A program made the position numbers and the translations under genes. A stretch of 44,917 nucleotides of DNA from an uncultured Eubacteriales bacterium. GTDB taxonomy: Bacteria; Bacillota; Clostridia; Christensenellales; CAG-138. Shown piece by piece: positions 1 through 9,025 of the stretch. The stretch lies in the NCBI GenBank assembly GCA_902790115.1, contig CADAQS010000003.1:1-44917 (forward strand), given 5' to 3'. Position 1 is the first letter of the stretch. Every line of letters begins with the position of its first letter. The notes beneath the pieces were generated by a model. The model saw nothing but the letters and a program-made list of their open reading frames with translations, was not told the origin of the DNA and ran no database searches.

Positions 1-265
1 GACGCCGACAGTGAAGCCGACCGCGACGCCGACAGTGAAGCCGACCGCGACGCCGACAGTGAAGCCGACCGCCACGCCGACGGTTAAGCCGACTGCCAAG
101 CCGACTGTCGCACCGACCGCCACGCCGACCGCCACGCCGACGGTTAAGCCGACTGCCGCGCCGACCGCCACGCCGACCGCGACACCGACGGTCAAGCCAA
201 CCGCGACGCCGACGGTCAAGCCGACCGCGACGCCGACAGTCAAGCCGACCGCAACGCCGACGCCT
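1..265 (+). repeat. Tandem 24-nt coding repeat (unit approx ACGCCGACAGTGAAGCCGACCGCG, encoding TPTVKPTA), about 11 imperfect copies
   Basis: Direct reading of the sequence; the period is 24 nt with synonymous and conservative variants (GTG/GTT/GTC, AAG). Confidence 0.85.
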
Positions 266-1165
266 GCGGTGCAGACCGAGCCGGTTGACCTGCACGGTGC
301 GTCGCTGACGCTCGAAGGGCAGATCACGATCAACTTCTTCGTGCGGCCGCCGAAGGAGACAAACGCGAAGTACGTCATCCTCTCGTACGGAAAAGCGGGC
401 GAGGCGGACCGGCGAATCGAACTTGACCCGACGGCAAAGTCCTACAACCGGGAGGTTAACGAGTACAAGATCGCGTTCCCGAACATCCCGGCCAAGGAGA
501 TGACCGTGCCGGTTACGATCTCGGTCTATGACGCAAACGGCAAGCAGCTGAAGCTCGAGCACTACAAGACCGGACCGGTCGAGGGCGACGCCTATGCCTA
601 CTGCGTGGCCGACTGGGCGCGGAACATTCTGAAGGACAGCAGCAAGGCTGCCAAATCGCACGCGCTCGCAAAAGCGCTTCTGAACTACGGCCATTACGCA
701 CAGCTCTACTTCGGCTTCAACACGGCCAATCCGGCCAATCCGGACGGCTATCTGGCTTCGGAGATGCAGGGCGTCGAGGCGCTTGCGGCAAATGATGCGG
801 TGATCCCGGCCGATGCGGAAGCGAAGATCGGCTACAACGGCGCGTCGCTGATGCTGGAAGGCGCTACGAGCATCCGCCTGTACTTCAAGGAGAAAGTGGA
901 TGCAAAGGACGGCGACGGCAACGCCTGCACGCTGAAGCAGAGCGGCAAGGAGTGGTTCGTGGAGATTCCGAACATTGCGTCGAAGGATCTCGATGAGCGG
1001 TATATTGTGACCGTCACCAAGGATGGCAAGGACTATGTGTTCGAGTACAGCGCGCTAAGTTATGCGAACGGCCGCCTGACGAACGCCAAAGCAAAGGAGG
1101 GCATCAAGAACCTGTGCAGGGCTCTGTACCTGTACAACGATGCCGCGAATATCTACTTCCAATAA
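2..1165 (+). CDS. Secreted or cell-surface protein, 5'-truncated by the window edge: Pro/Thr-rich linker repeats followed by an internally duplicated C-terminal domain
   Basis: The frame is open from the window edge (same frame as track ORF 11..1165). About 11 TPT(V/A)KPTA units are followed by two related modules (LHGASLTLEGQITINFF / YNGASLMLEGATSIRLYF). Stop TAA at 1163-1165 precedes a hairpin terminator. Confidence 0.6.
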   Translation, partial: TPTVKPTATPTVKPTATPTVKPTATPTVKPTAKPTVAPTATPTATPTVKPTAAPTATPTATPTVKPTATPTVKPTATPTVKPTATPTPAVQTEPVDLHGASLTLEGQITINFFVRPPKETNAKYVILSYGKAGEADRRIELDPTAKSYNREVNEYKIAFPNIPAKEMTVPVTISVYDANGKQLKLEHYKTGPVEGDAYAYCVADWARNILKDSSKAAKSHALAKALLNYGHYAQLYFGFNTANPANPDGYLASEMQGVEALAANDAVIPADAEAKIGYNGASLMLEGATSIRLYFKEKVDAKDGDGNACTLKQSGKEWFVEIPNIASKDLDERYIVTVTKDGKDYVFEYSALSYANGRLTNAKAKEGIKNLCRALYLYNDAANIYFQ

Positions 1166-1183
1166 AAAGAGGCAAAACAAAAA

Positions 1184-1215
1184 CCCGGCTGAAAAGCCGG
1201 GTTTTCTGTATTTTG
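1184..1215. terminator. Bidirectional intrinsic terminator between convergent genes
   Basis: Stem CCCGGCT (1184-1190) / AGCCGGG (1195-1201) with loop GAAA. An A-run lies upstream and TTTTCTGTATTTT downstream. Confidence 0.7.
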
Positions 1216-1218
1216 GGG

Positions 1219-2415
1219 TTATACGATCTGGCAGCAGTACCGTTTCAGCTGAGCAACCGTTTCAGAAAGGTCGGAGCGGTACGGCGCGCTGCCCTGCGCG
1301 AGCGTGCCTCTGCCGCCGCCCTTGCCGCCGAGCGCAAGGTTGACGGCCTTTGCGACCTCTCCCATATCGGCAGAGATGCCGTTGGCGGAGAGAATATAGG
1401 AAACGGTGTCGCCGCTCTTCGAAAACAGCGCGGTCAGGGAGCGGGCGGACTGCGTTTTCTGCGCAAGGGCGCGGAGGCGTTTGGCGTCGACATGTTCGAC
1501 GGTCTCAACCAGAACGGACACGCCGCGGACCGTCTCGGCGCGCGTGCAGAGTTCAGCGGCAAAATAGGCGTCCAGCGAGGCATAGGCCTGCTTCAGTTCC
1601 TTTTTGGCGTCGGAAAGCTCGTCTGCCTGCTTTTCCACGGCGGCGACGGCATTTTCCCGTGCGGTCGAGAAGCGCCGCGCGATCGTTTCGACGGCGTCCT
1701 GCATGCGCTGCGCGTGAGAAAGCGCGCGGTTTCCGCAGAGAAAGGTCAGGCGCATGCCTCCTTTGTACGGCAGTTCGCCGACGATTTTGAGCTGTCCGAT
1801 CTCGCCGGTGCGATGCACATGCGGCGCGCAGCAGGTGCAGGCGTCGCTGCCCTCGATCGTCACGATCCGGATCGGCGCGGTCAGACCTTCGGCGTGCTTG
1901 CGGAGCGGCAGGTCGCGGATCTCCTCCTCGGTCGCGTACTCCTTCGCGGTGACGGCGCCGTTCTTGGCGGCTTCGCGGTTGGCAAGGCGCTCCATTTCGA
2001 GCACCTGTTCGTGCGTAAGCGGCTTGTCGAGGTCGAGCGTTGCGTAGTCGAGCGCGCAGTGGAATCCGACGTTGGTCGCGCCGAACAGCTTCCAGGCGCA
2101 CCAGGAGAGCAGATGCTCGCCGGTGTGCTGCTGCATGATATCAAACCGGCGTTCGCTGTCGATCGTGACGAAAACCTTCGCGCCGACGGGCAGCGCGCGG
2201 TCGGAACGGTGCAGAAGCCGCTTTTCGTCCTCGTCGCAGGAGGAGATCACGGCGTCGCCGATTTTGCCGGTATCGCACGGCTGACCGCCCTTGTTCGGGA
2301 AGAAGACCGAGCGGTCGAGTTCGATCCAAAAGCCGTCGTCACACGGCGTGCAGGCGGTGACGACCGCTTCGCAGGAAAACAGCATGCTGTCCTGTAAATA
2401 CAAACGTTCGGTCAT
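1219..2415 (-). CDS. AlaX-L type alanyl-tRNA editing protein (AlaRS editing domain plus DHHA1-like C-terminus)
   Basis: Starts MTERLYLQD. Carries the editing-site zinc motifs HTGEH (HxxxH) and CCAPH (CxxxH) and a GGKGGGR C-terminal motif. RBS GGAGGG sits upstream of ATG 2415. The upstream 126 codons of track ORF 1219..2793 are Arg-rich and lie opposite the AEC gene, so they are rejected. Confidence 0.85.
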   Translation of the reverse strand: MTERLYLQDSMLFSCEAVVTACTPCDDGFWIELDRSVFFPNKGGQPCDTGKIGDAVISSCDEDEKRLLHRSDRALPVGAKVFVTIDSERRFDIMQQHTGEHLLSWCAWKLFGATNVGFHCALDYATLDLDKPLTHEQVLEMERLANREAAKNGAVTAKEYATEEEIRDLPLRKHAEGLTAPIRIVTIEGSDACTCCAPHVHRTGEIGQLKIVGELPYKGGMRLTFLCGNRALSHAQRMQDAVETIARRFSTARENAVAAVEKQADELSDAKKELKQAYASLDAYFAAELCTRAETVRGVSVLVETVEHVDAKRLRALAQKTQSARSLTALFSKSGDTVSYILSANGISADMGEVAKAVNLALGGKGGGRGTLAQGSAPYRSDLSETVAQLKRYCCQIV

Positions 2416-3344
2416 AGAAGCCCTCCGAATACGGTCAGAAACAGGAAGACGGTCGGCAGCGAGCAGGCGGTGGTAACCGCTACGGCTTCCCCGGCCAATT
2501 CCGAGTCGCTGTCCAGCGCGGTCGCAAGCGGATAGCTTGCCATCGCGGTCGGCGCGGCAAAGATCAGCAGCACGGTCAGAAGCCGCAGCCCGCGGAACCC
2601 GATCGCGATCGCGATGCCCATCATCACGAGCGGCACGAGAACGAGCTTGGTCAGCGCGATGCCGAGCAGCGCCTTGCGGTTTTCGCGTACGGACTTGCCG
2701 GACAGGATGCCGCCGAGCATCAGAAAGCCGAGCGGCGCGACCATCGCGGCGAAGTTGTCGATCGGCTTCTGCAGAACCGTCGGGAGCGTCCATCCGAGCA
2801 GACGGACCAGATACCCCGCGATGACCGAGAGGATGATCGGGTTTGTCGCGATATGCCCGAGGAAGGAGAGAAAGTTGACCTTTCCGCCGCGGTTGAGCTC
2901 GAGCGTCGAGATCGCCATCAGATTGAACGCCGTCGCCGAGAGCGCGGCCGTGAAGATCGTCAGACCGAAGTTGCCGTCGCCGAGCATCGACGCCGCAACG
3001 GTCAGCGAGAAGATCGAATCGTTGCTGCGAAGGCTTGCCTGAATGATCGCGCCGCGGCGCTTCGGATCCTTGATGAAGCGCGGCGTGATCAGCCAGGCGA
3101 GCAGAAACAGAACGACGATACCGCCGATCGAAAGCAGGATGACCTGCCAGTCGGCGCTCGAAGCGTCGCGCTCATTGAGCAGATTGCGGAAGATCAGGCA
3201 CGGCAGACCGACGTAGTACACGATCCGGTTGATGACCAAAAACACGTCCTTGGAGACGAGTTTGGTTCGGTTCAGCAAAAGCCCCGCTGCCATCATCAGC
3301 AGCAGCGGCATAACGGTATTGAACGATGTGATCAAATTTTCCAT
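2412..3344 (-). CDS. AEC (auxin efflux carrier) family transporter
   Basis: Starts MENLITSFNTVMPLLLMMAAG; polytopic hydrophobic protein of 310 aa. Its TGA stop overlaps the ATG of the downstream editing-protein gene (ATGA at 2412-2415). Confidence 0.8.
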   Translation of the reverse strand: MENLITSFNTVMPLLLMMAAGLLLNRTKLVSKDVFLVINRIVYYVGLPCLIFRNLLNERDASSADWQVILLSIGGIVVLFLLAWLITPRFIKDPKRRGAIIQASLRSNDSIFSLTVAASMLGDGNFGLTIFTAALSATAFNLMAISTLELNRGGKVNFLSFLGHIATNPIILSVIAGYLVRLLGWTLPTVLQKPIDNFAAMVAPLGFLMLGGILSGKSVRENRKALLGIALTKLVLVPLVMMGIAIAIGFRGLRLLTVLLIFAAPTAMASYPLATALDSDSELAGEAVAVTTACSLPTVFLFLTVFGGLL

Positions 3345-3433
3345 ATCGTCATTATACAAAAGCCCGAAACGAAAAGCAAGCGGAACGGCGCATTTACACC
3401 GTTCCGCTGCGGGATATTTGTCAAAAAAGAGGT

Positions 3434-4129
3434 TCAGCGCTGCCGCTTGTCGGCTTTTGCCGCAAAGCGCGTGCCGAGCATCTGGAACAGCTGAACAAGC
3501 ACGACAAGCAGTACCACGGATGCGGCCATGACGCCGTACATGTAGCGGTTGTAGCCGTAGGTGATCGCGAGCTTGCCGAGTCCCCCGCCGCCGACCGCGC
3601 CGGACATGGCGGTATAGCCGAGGATCGTCGTGATCGCGATCGTGAAGTTGGAGATCAGCGACGGGACGCTCTCGCGCAGCATGACCTTCGTGATGATCTG
3701 AAACGGCGTCGCACCGAGGCTCTGCGCCATCTCGATCAGACTCGGATTCACTTCGCGCAGGCTGCTTTCGACGAGCCGCGCGACAAACGGAAACGCGGCG
3801 ATGACCAGCGGGACGACCGACGCCATCGTACCGTACGCTTTGCCGATCAGAAGGCGCGTCAGCGGGATCACAAGGATCATCAGAATGATGAACGGGATCG
3901 AGCGCAGGATGTTGATCAGAACGTTCAGCGCGTGCAGCAGCCACTTCGGCAGCGGCAGTACGCCGTCCTGTTCGCCGGCGACGAGCAGAACGCCGAGCGG
4001 CAGCCCGATCACGATCGCAAGCGCGGTGGCAAGGATCGTCGCGTAGAGCGTTTCCCAGATCGCGAACGGACATTCGCCGGAGATGATGCGCCACGTTTCG
4101 GCGATCGGTTCAAAATGCAGTTCAGGCAC
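3434..4129 (-). CDS. metI: Methionine ABC transporter permease
   Basis: MetI-like sequence (IEMAQSLGATPFQ EAA-type loop, GGGGLG near the C-terminus). Start is GTG at 4129, preceded by GAGGAGGTGGAAAGCC. It overlaps the metN stop by 8 nt. Confidence 0.85.
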   Translation of the reverse strand: MPELHFEPIAETWRIISGECPFAIWETLYATILATALAIVIGLPLGVLLVAGEQDGVLPLPKWLLHALNVLINILRSIPFIILMILVIPLTRLLIGKAYGTMASVVPLVIAAFPFVARLVESSLREVNPSLIEMAQSLGATPFQIITKVMLRESVPSLISNFTIAITTILGYTAMSGAVGGGGLGKLAITYGYNRYMYGVMAASVVLLVVLVQLFQMLGTRFAAKADKRQR

Positions 4130-5129
4130 GGCTTTCCACCTCCTCGGCAACGATTTCGGGATCGGCGGACAGATAGTGCAGCGCGCGCTCCAGTTCGTCG
4201 GCATCGGCGACCTCGAGCACCATCGAGCCGTACTCCTTTTCGGAGATCGTCTTGATCGAAGCGGCAAGAATGTTCGCGAGGATCTTCTCCTCGATTGCCA
4301 TCCGCGCGATCAGCGGTGTGGTCGTCGTACTGTAGCCGCGGAACACGATGCGGATACGGCGTTTTCCCTCGGATGCCGACGGAAGCGTATCGTAGCCGTC
4401 AGGGAACACGAGCCGGCGGGCGGCTTCGGACTTCGGCGCGGAGAAGACCTCCTCGACCGGCCCTTCCTCGACGACCGAACCGTTGTCCAGAATGGCGACG
4501 CGGGAGCAGATCTCCTCGACGACGCTCATCTGGTGCGTGATCAGTATCACGGTCAGCCCAAGCTTGTTGTGCAGGTCGCGCAGCAGCGACAGGATGTCGT
4601 GCGTGGTCTTGGGGTCGAGCGCGCTCGTGGCCTCGTCGCACAGCAGAACCTTCGGATCGGTTGCAAGCGCCCGCGCGATCGCGATGCGCTGCTGCTGCCC
4701 GCCGGAGAGCTGCGCGGGGTACGCGTCCGCCTTGTCCGGCAAGCCGACAAGCGCCAAAAGTTCCCGCGCTCTTATTTCGGCATCCCTGCTTTTGACGCCG
4801 GCAAGCTCCAGCGGGAAACAGATGTTTTTCAGGCAGGTTCGCTGCGCGAGCAGGTTGAAACTCTGGAAGATCATCGAAATGCGGCGGCGGACCTTGCGCA
4901 GCTCCGGTTCGGTCAGGCTGCACAGGCCGCGTCCGTCGATCAGAACGGTGCCTTCGGTCGGGCGCTCGAGCAGGTTGATGCAGCGCACCAGCGTGCTCTT
5001 TCCCGCGCCGGACATGCCGATGATTCCGTAAATGTCGCCGTCGTTCACCGTAAGAGACACGTTTTTCAGTGCCTCTACGGTGCCGTCGGACGTTCGGAAG
5101 GTTTTGGACAGTCCCTGAATCGAAATCAT
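4122..5129 (-). CDS. metN: Methionine ABC transporter ATP-binding protein
   Basis: Walker A GMSGAGKST, signature LSGGQQQR, Walker B LLCDEATSALD, and a C-terminal NIL-type domain. Confidence 0.92.
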   Translation of the reverse strand: MISIQGLSKTFRTSDGTVEALKNVSLTVNDGDIYGIIGMSGAGKSTLVRCINLLERPTEGTVLIDGRGLCSLTEPELRKVRRRISMIFQSFNLLAQRTCLKNICFPLELAGVKSRDAEIRARELLALVGLPDKADAYPAQLSGGQQQRIAIARALATDPKVLLCDEATSALDPKTTHDILSLLRDLHNKLGLTVILITHQMSVVEEICSRVAILDNGSVVEEGPVEEVFSAPKSEAARRLVFPDGYDTLPSASEGKRRIRIVFRGYSTTTTPLIARMAIEEKILANILAASIKTISEKEYGSMVLEVADADELERALHYLSADPEIVAEEVESRA

Positions 5130-5131
5130 AC

Positions 5132-5980
5132 TTACTTCAGCGCGTCGGTGTCGGTCTGCTTGCCGCCGTACAGGCCGAGCGGCTCGACGTGGATCGCGGA
5201 GATCGAAACGAGATTCGTGCCGTTCTTGGCATTGAAGTCCTCGAGATACGGCAGATGCTGGAAGTAGTTGGCGTCGATCTCGCCGGAGTCGACGACGTTG
5301 TTCGGCTGGACGTAATCGGTGAATTCGCGGATGTCGAGCGTGATGCCCTTGGCGGCAAGGATCTCCTTGGCGACCGCAAGAACTTCGGCGTGCGGCACCG
5401 GCGTCGCGGCGACGGTAATGGTCACGCCGCTGAGCGCATCGTAATCGATCGAAGGATCGTAACCGTCGGTCGGCGCAGTCACGGTGCTGACGACGGCGCC
5501 GTCATAGGTCGCGCTGATAAAGTCCGCAACCTGCTGACTTTCGAGCGCGGCTTTGAGGGCAAGCAGCTTCGGCTCGTTTTCGTTGCCGGCCTTGACCGCG
5601 AGGATGTTCGCGTAGGGGGATTCGGCGCCTTCGATCACGAAGGAATCCTTGACCGGATGCAGACCGGCTTCGAGCGCATAGTTCGAATTGATGACCGCGT
5701 AGTCAAAATCCTTCAAAAGGGACGGCAGCTGCGGCGCTTCGATCTCTTCGATCGTGATGTTGTGCGGGTTTTCCACGATATCGAGCTTGGTCGCTTCGAT
5801 GCCGACGCCCTCTTTGAGTTTGAGGAAGCCGTTGGCTTCGAGCAGCAGCAGCGCGCGCGCTTCGTTGGTCGCATCGTTCGGAACGGCGATCGTTACGCCT
5901 TTTGCGCTCTTGGGCGAGCAGGCAGCGAACAGGGAAACGGTCAGCGCGAGGACCAGCAGAACGGTGAGCAGTTTTTTCAT
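5132..5980 (-). CDS. metQ: Methionine-binding lipoprotein (MetQ/NlpA family)
   Basis: Signal peptide with lipobox LFAAC, MetQ-like body, RBS AAAGGAGAA before ATG 5980. Confidence 0.9.
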   Translation of the reverse strand: MKKLLTVLLVLALTVSLFAACSPKSAKGVTIAVPNDATNEARALLLLEANGFLKLKEGVGIEATKLDIVENPHNITIEEIEAPQLPSLLKDFDYAVINSNYALEAGLHPVKDSFVIEGAESPYANILAVKAGNENEPKLLALKAALESQQVADFISATYDGAVVSTVTAPTDGYDPSIDYDALSGVTITVAATPVPHAEVLAVAKEILAAKGITLDIREFTDYVQPNNVVDSGEIDANYFQHLPYLEDFNAKNGTNLVSISAIHVEPLGLYGGKQTDTDALK

Positions 5981-6216
5981 GGGTAGTTCTCCTTTATATT
6001 CGAATTTTGTTTTAACATATAAAAAACGGAAGCCGTGTTTTGCGGCTTCCGTGAATTGCGATCGATGCAGAGGCGCTTTTTACGCACACAAACGCATGAT
6101 CCGGCAACTCGTCCGCCGCATCAGCTGCATGCACATCGACATAGAGAATTCTTTTGCGAGAATTGCCATCTCCTGCGTACTCCGATCCTCATTGATAAAT
6201 CGTATATTCTTACGAT
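5981..6216 (-). promoter_or_regulatory. Structured 5' leader of about 235 nt for metQNI; regulatory class undetermined
   Basis: Lies between a strong promoter and the metQ ATG and contains several hairpins plus a terminator. It has no clean SAM-I or T-box core (see findings). Confidence 0.4.
6021..6051 (-). terminator. Intrinsic terminator inside the metQ 5' leader (attenuator)
   Basis: The minus strand reads CGGAAGCCG-CAAAACA-CGGCTTCCG followed by TTTTTT, about 40 nt upstream of the metQ ATG. Confidence 0.7.
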
Positions 6217-6222
6217 GCGGAA

Positions 6223-6251
6223 ACTATACCACATTCATTTACGCTTGTCAA
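6223..6251 (-). promoter_or_regulatory. Sigma-A type promoter of metQNI
   Basis: Minus strand: TTGACA (6251-6246), 17-nt spacer, TGg-TATAGT (6228-6223). Confidence 0.65.
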
Positions 6252-6340
6252 CCGGATTTTATGAATTTTTATACGCTTTTTTCCGGCGCTGCCGCTCGGC
6301 AAAAGCGCTGCGTTCTCCGCCGAAAGGCATGCGGCGCTTT

Positions 6341-7018
6341 TCACAGCGGCGACTTCGACGGCGTTCCGGCCTTGCGCGGATAGGTCTTCGGAGTTGGTGC
6401 GTTTTTGGTGCAGATCACCAGAGAACGTACGCCGTAATCCGCTGGGACCGTGACGGTTTCCGCGCTTGCATGCAGCAGGAACAACGCGCTCTTTGCACTT
6501 TCGAGCTCCTGCGACGCCTCGCCCTTAAAGCAGATGCTCTTGCCACCGACCTTCAGCAGCGGAACGGTCAGTTCGAGCAGCACCGGCAACGCGGCAACCG
6601 CGCGCGACACCGCGAAATCATAGGTGCCGCGGTGTGCCGGCATCCGTCCGAAATCCTCGGCGCGCGCATGAACACAGGCCGCAGTCAGGCCGAGTTCGCG
6701 CAGCACGGTCTCCAAAAAACCGATCCGCTTCTGCAGCGAATCGACAAGCGTCAGCCTTAGGTCCGGCCGCCGGATCAAAAGCGGGATTCCCGGAAAGCCC
6801 GCGCCGGTGCCGACGTCCACGACCTTTGCGCCGTCCGAAAGCAGCGGCAGTGCGGCAAGCGAGTCGGCAAAGTGCTTTTTGACCACTTCCTCGGGCGCGG
6901 TGATCGCGGTCAGATTCATGCGCGTGTTCCAGTCGATCAGCAGGTCATAATATGCGACAAATTTGTCGCACTCTTGCTCGCTCAGATGCGGGATCGCGCG
7001 TTTCAGCAGTTCACGCAT
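6341..7018 (-). CDS. rsmG: 16S rRNA (guanine527-N7)-methyltransferase
   Basis: Starts MRELLKRAIPHLSEQE. SAM motif VDVGTGAGFPGIPL. GAGG lies 8 nt upstream of ATG 7018 (alternative start 7039). Overlaps the mnmG stop. Confidence 0.9.
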   Translation of the reverse strand: MRELLKRAIPHLSEQECDKFVAYYDLLIDWNTRMNLTAITAPEEVVKKHFADSLAALPLLSDGAKVVDVGTGAGFPGIPLLIRRPDLRLTLVDSLQKRIGFLETVLRELGLTAACVHARAEDFGRMPAHRGTYDFAVSRAVAALPVLLELTVPLLKVGGKSICFKGEASQELESAKSALFLLHASAETVTVPADYGVRSLVICTKNAPTPKTYPRKAGTPSKSPL

Positions 7019-8882
7019 GGGAAAAACCTCGCTTTGCATAGATCAGAAGGACGCTGACGTCTGCGGGCGATACGCCGGAGATGCGCGACGCCTGCCCGAC
7101 CGAGGCGGGCTTGTGGGCGTTCAGTTTCTGCCGGGCTTCGAGGCGCAGACCGTCCAGTTTGGTGTAATCGAGATCGGGCGGCAGCGCCGTGTTCTCCAGC
7201 GCCCTTTCCCGCTCGACCTGCGTCTTTTGCTTTTCGATATAGCCGTCGTAGTGCGCGAGAACCTCGACCTGTTCCTCCACGTTCGGCGCAAGCGGTTCCA
7301 ACGCGTCGAACAGGCGTAAAAGGTCGGCGTAGCGCACCTTCGGCCGCTTCAGCAGGTCGAACAGCACGGCGCCGTTTTGCGGGACCGGCTCGCCGATCGA
7401 TTCCAGATAGACGCGCAGCACGTCGGACGGCGGCACGTGCGTCCCGAGCTTTTGCAGGGCGGCGGCGATGCCGTTCTTTTTGGCCAGCAGCATGGCGTAG
7501 CGCTGCTCGCTGATCAAACCGAGCCGTCTTGCGCGTTCGGTCAGGCGCAGGTCGGCGTTGTCCTGCCGCAGCAGCAGCCGGTATTCACAGCGGCTTGTCA
7601 TCATGCGGTACGGTTCCGGCGTGCCCTTGGTGGAAAGGTCGTCGACCAGAACGCCGAGATAAGCGTCGCTGCGTCCGAGATAAAACGGTTCCTCGCCCTT
7701 GACGTACAGCGCGGCGTTGATGCCGGCGAACAGACCCTGCGCTGCGGCCTCCTCGTAGCCGCTCGAGCCGTTGACCTGTCCCGCGGTGAACAGACCGGGA
7801 ACATCGCGCACCATGAAGCGCAGGTCGAGCGCGGTCGGGTCGAGGCAGTCGTATTCGATCGCATAGCCGAGCCGCATGACCTCGCAGCGGCGCAGGCCGG
7901 GCAGCGAGTGCAGCATGTCGATCTGCACGTCGGCAGGAAGCGACGTCGAAAAGCCCTGCACGTACATCTCCTCGGTGCTGCGGCCTTCCGGCTCGATGAA
8001 GATCTGGTGGCGGTCCTTGTCGGCAAACCTGACGACCTTGTCCTCGATCGACGGGCAGTAGCGCGTGCCGGTCGCGTGGATCTTGCCGCTGTACATCGGC
8101 GAGCGGTGCAGGTTCGCGCGGATGATTTCGTGCGTCGTTTCGTTCGTATAGGTCAGATAGCAGGGATCCTGCTTTACGCGCAGTCCGTCCGGATGCAGGA
8201 AGGAGAAGGCGGGCGTCGGCTCGTCGCCGAGCTGAATCTCCATCTCCGAAAGATCGAGCGTGCTTTTTTTGACGCGCGCGGGCGTTCCGGTTTTGAAGCG
8301 CTGCAGCGGAATGCCGAGTTCGCGCAGCGCGTCGCCGAGCCGTTCGCTGCGGAGCATGCCGTTCGGTCCGGACAGGCGCGACCATTCGCCGATCAGAATG
8401 CGCGATTTCATGTACACGCCGGCGCAGAGCACCGCGGCGCGGCACGGATAGCGGAAGCCTTCGTCGGTCAGTACGGCGCTGACGCAGCCGTTGTGCGTTT
8501 CGATCCGGTCGGCTTCCCCCTGCAGAACGACAAGGTTTTCCTGCCGCTCAATCGCGCTTTTGACGCGCTCGTGGTAGCGGCGTTTATCCATCTGCGCGCG
8601 GAGCGAATGGACAGCCGGTCCTTTGCCGGTGTTCAGCATCCGCATCTGGATCAGCGTATCGTCGGCAGCAAGGCCCATTTCGCCGCCGAGCGCGTCGATC
8701 TCGCGCACCAGATGACCTTTGCCGGTTCCGCCGATCGCCGGATTGCACGGCATCATGCCGATGCTGTCCAGGTTCAGGGTCAGAAGCAGCGTGTTCAGTC
8801 CCATGCGCGCGCAGGCGAGGGACGCTTCCACGCCGGCATGACCGGCGCCGATGATGACGATGTCAAAAGCTCTGTCTTGCAT
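7011..8882 (-). CDS. mnmG: tRNA uridine 5-carboxymethylaminomethyl modification enzyme
   Basis: Starts MQDRAFDIVIIGAGHAGVEA (FAD fold); full-length GidA-like sequence; RBS GGAGGA before ATG 8882. Confidence 0.95.
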   Translation of the reverse strand: MQDRAFDIVIIGAGHAGVEASLACARMGLNTLLLTLNLDSIGMMPCNPAIGGTGKGHLVREIDALGGEMGLAADDTLIQMRMLNTGKGPAVHSLRAQMDKRRYHERVKSAIERQENLVVLQGEADRIETHNGCVSAVLTDEGFRYPCRAAVLCAGVYMKSRILIGEWSRLSGPNGMLRSERLGDALRELGIPLQRFKTGTPARVKKSTLDLSEMEIQLGDEPTPAFSFLHPDGLRVKQDPCYLTYTNETTHEIIRANLHRSPMYSGKIHATGTRYCPSIEDKVVRFADKDRHQIFIEPEGRSTEEMYVQGFSTSLPADVQIDMLHSLPGLRRCEVMRLGYAIEYDCLDPTALDLRFMVRDVPGLFTAGQVNGSSGYEEAAAQGLFAGINAALYVKGEEPFYLGRSDAYLGVLVDDLSTKGTPEPYRMMTSRCEYRLLLRQDNADLRLTERARRLGLISEQRYAMLLAKKNGIAAALQKLGTHVPPSDVLRVYLESIGEPVPQNGAVLFDLLKRPKVRYADLLRLFDALEPLAPNVEEQVEVLAHYDGYIEKQKTQVERERALENTALPPDLDYTKLDGLRLEARQKLNAHKPASVGQASRISGVSPADVSVLLIYAKRGFSHA

Positions 8883-8904
8883 GGTTTCCTCCGAATTCTC
8901 AAAA

Positions 8905-8933
8905 AGTATAGCATATTTGCTGATTTTACACAA
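8905..8933 (-). promoter_or_regulatory. Candidate mnmG-rsmG promoter
   Basis: Minus strand: TTGTGT, 17-nt spacer, TGc-TATACT. Confidence 0.5.
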
Positions 8934-9025
8934 TGCGCTGTGGAAAAATGTTTGTCAGGATGCTATAATCGGATTATCAAAGCGGATCTGTCCGGCGCAC
9001 GGGCGGGTCGGGACGGAGGAGCGGA

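Noticed and set aside
2416-4267. N-terminal extensions of track ORFs (1219..2793, 2412..4094, 3434..4267, 7011..8933, 12861..13652, 15724..16866, 23015..24598, 31687..33135, 40124..41302, 9940..11355, 24574..26025, 41467..42909)
   Set aside because: The extensions are Arg/Pro-rich, overlap neighbouring genes, and lack an RBS. Internal starts with good Shine-Dalgarno sequences give proteins of canonical length and N-termini.
6062-6138. SAM-I-like fragments on the PLUS strand (UCGAUG-CAGAGG...GCAUGAUCCGGCAAC...CAUCGA)
   Set aside because: They lie on the wrong strand (metQNI is on the minus strand and nothing is downstream on plus). The GAGGGA/GGCCC K-turn arm and the GGUGC.AA block are also missing. 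I treat this as a chance resemblance to the reverse complement of the real leader.
6100-6200. Met T-box riboswitch in the metQ leader
   Set aside because: A stem-I-base-like AUGAGGAUCGGAGUA and a looped AUG are present. There is no T-box antiterminator sequence (UGGNACCGCG), no AG-bulge/distal-loop platform, and no F-box, so it cannot be called a T-box.
8939-8947. Single near-consensus DnaA box (TGTGGAAAA) in the mnmG/yhaM divergent region
   Set aside because: One 1-mismatch 9-mer is expected by chance. It has no accompanying boxes or AT-rich element.
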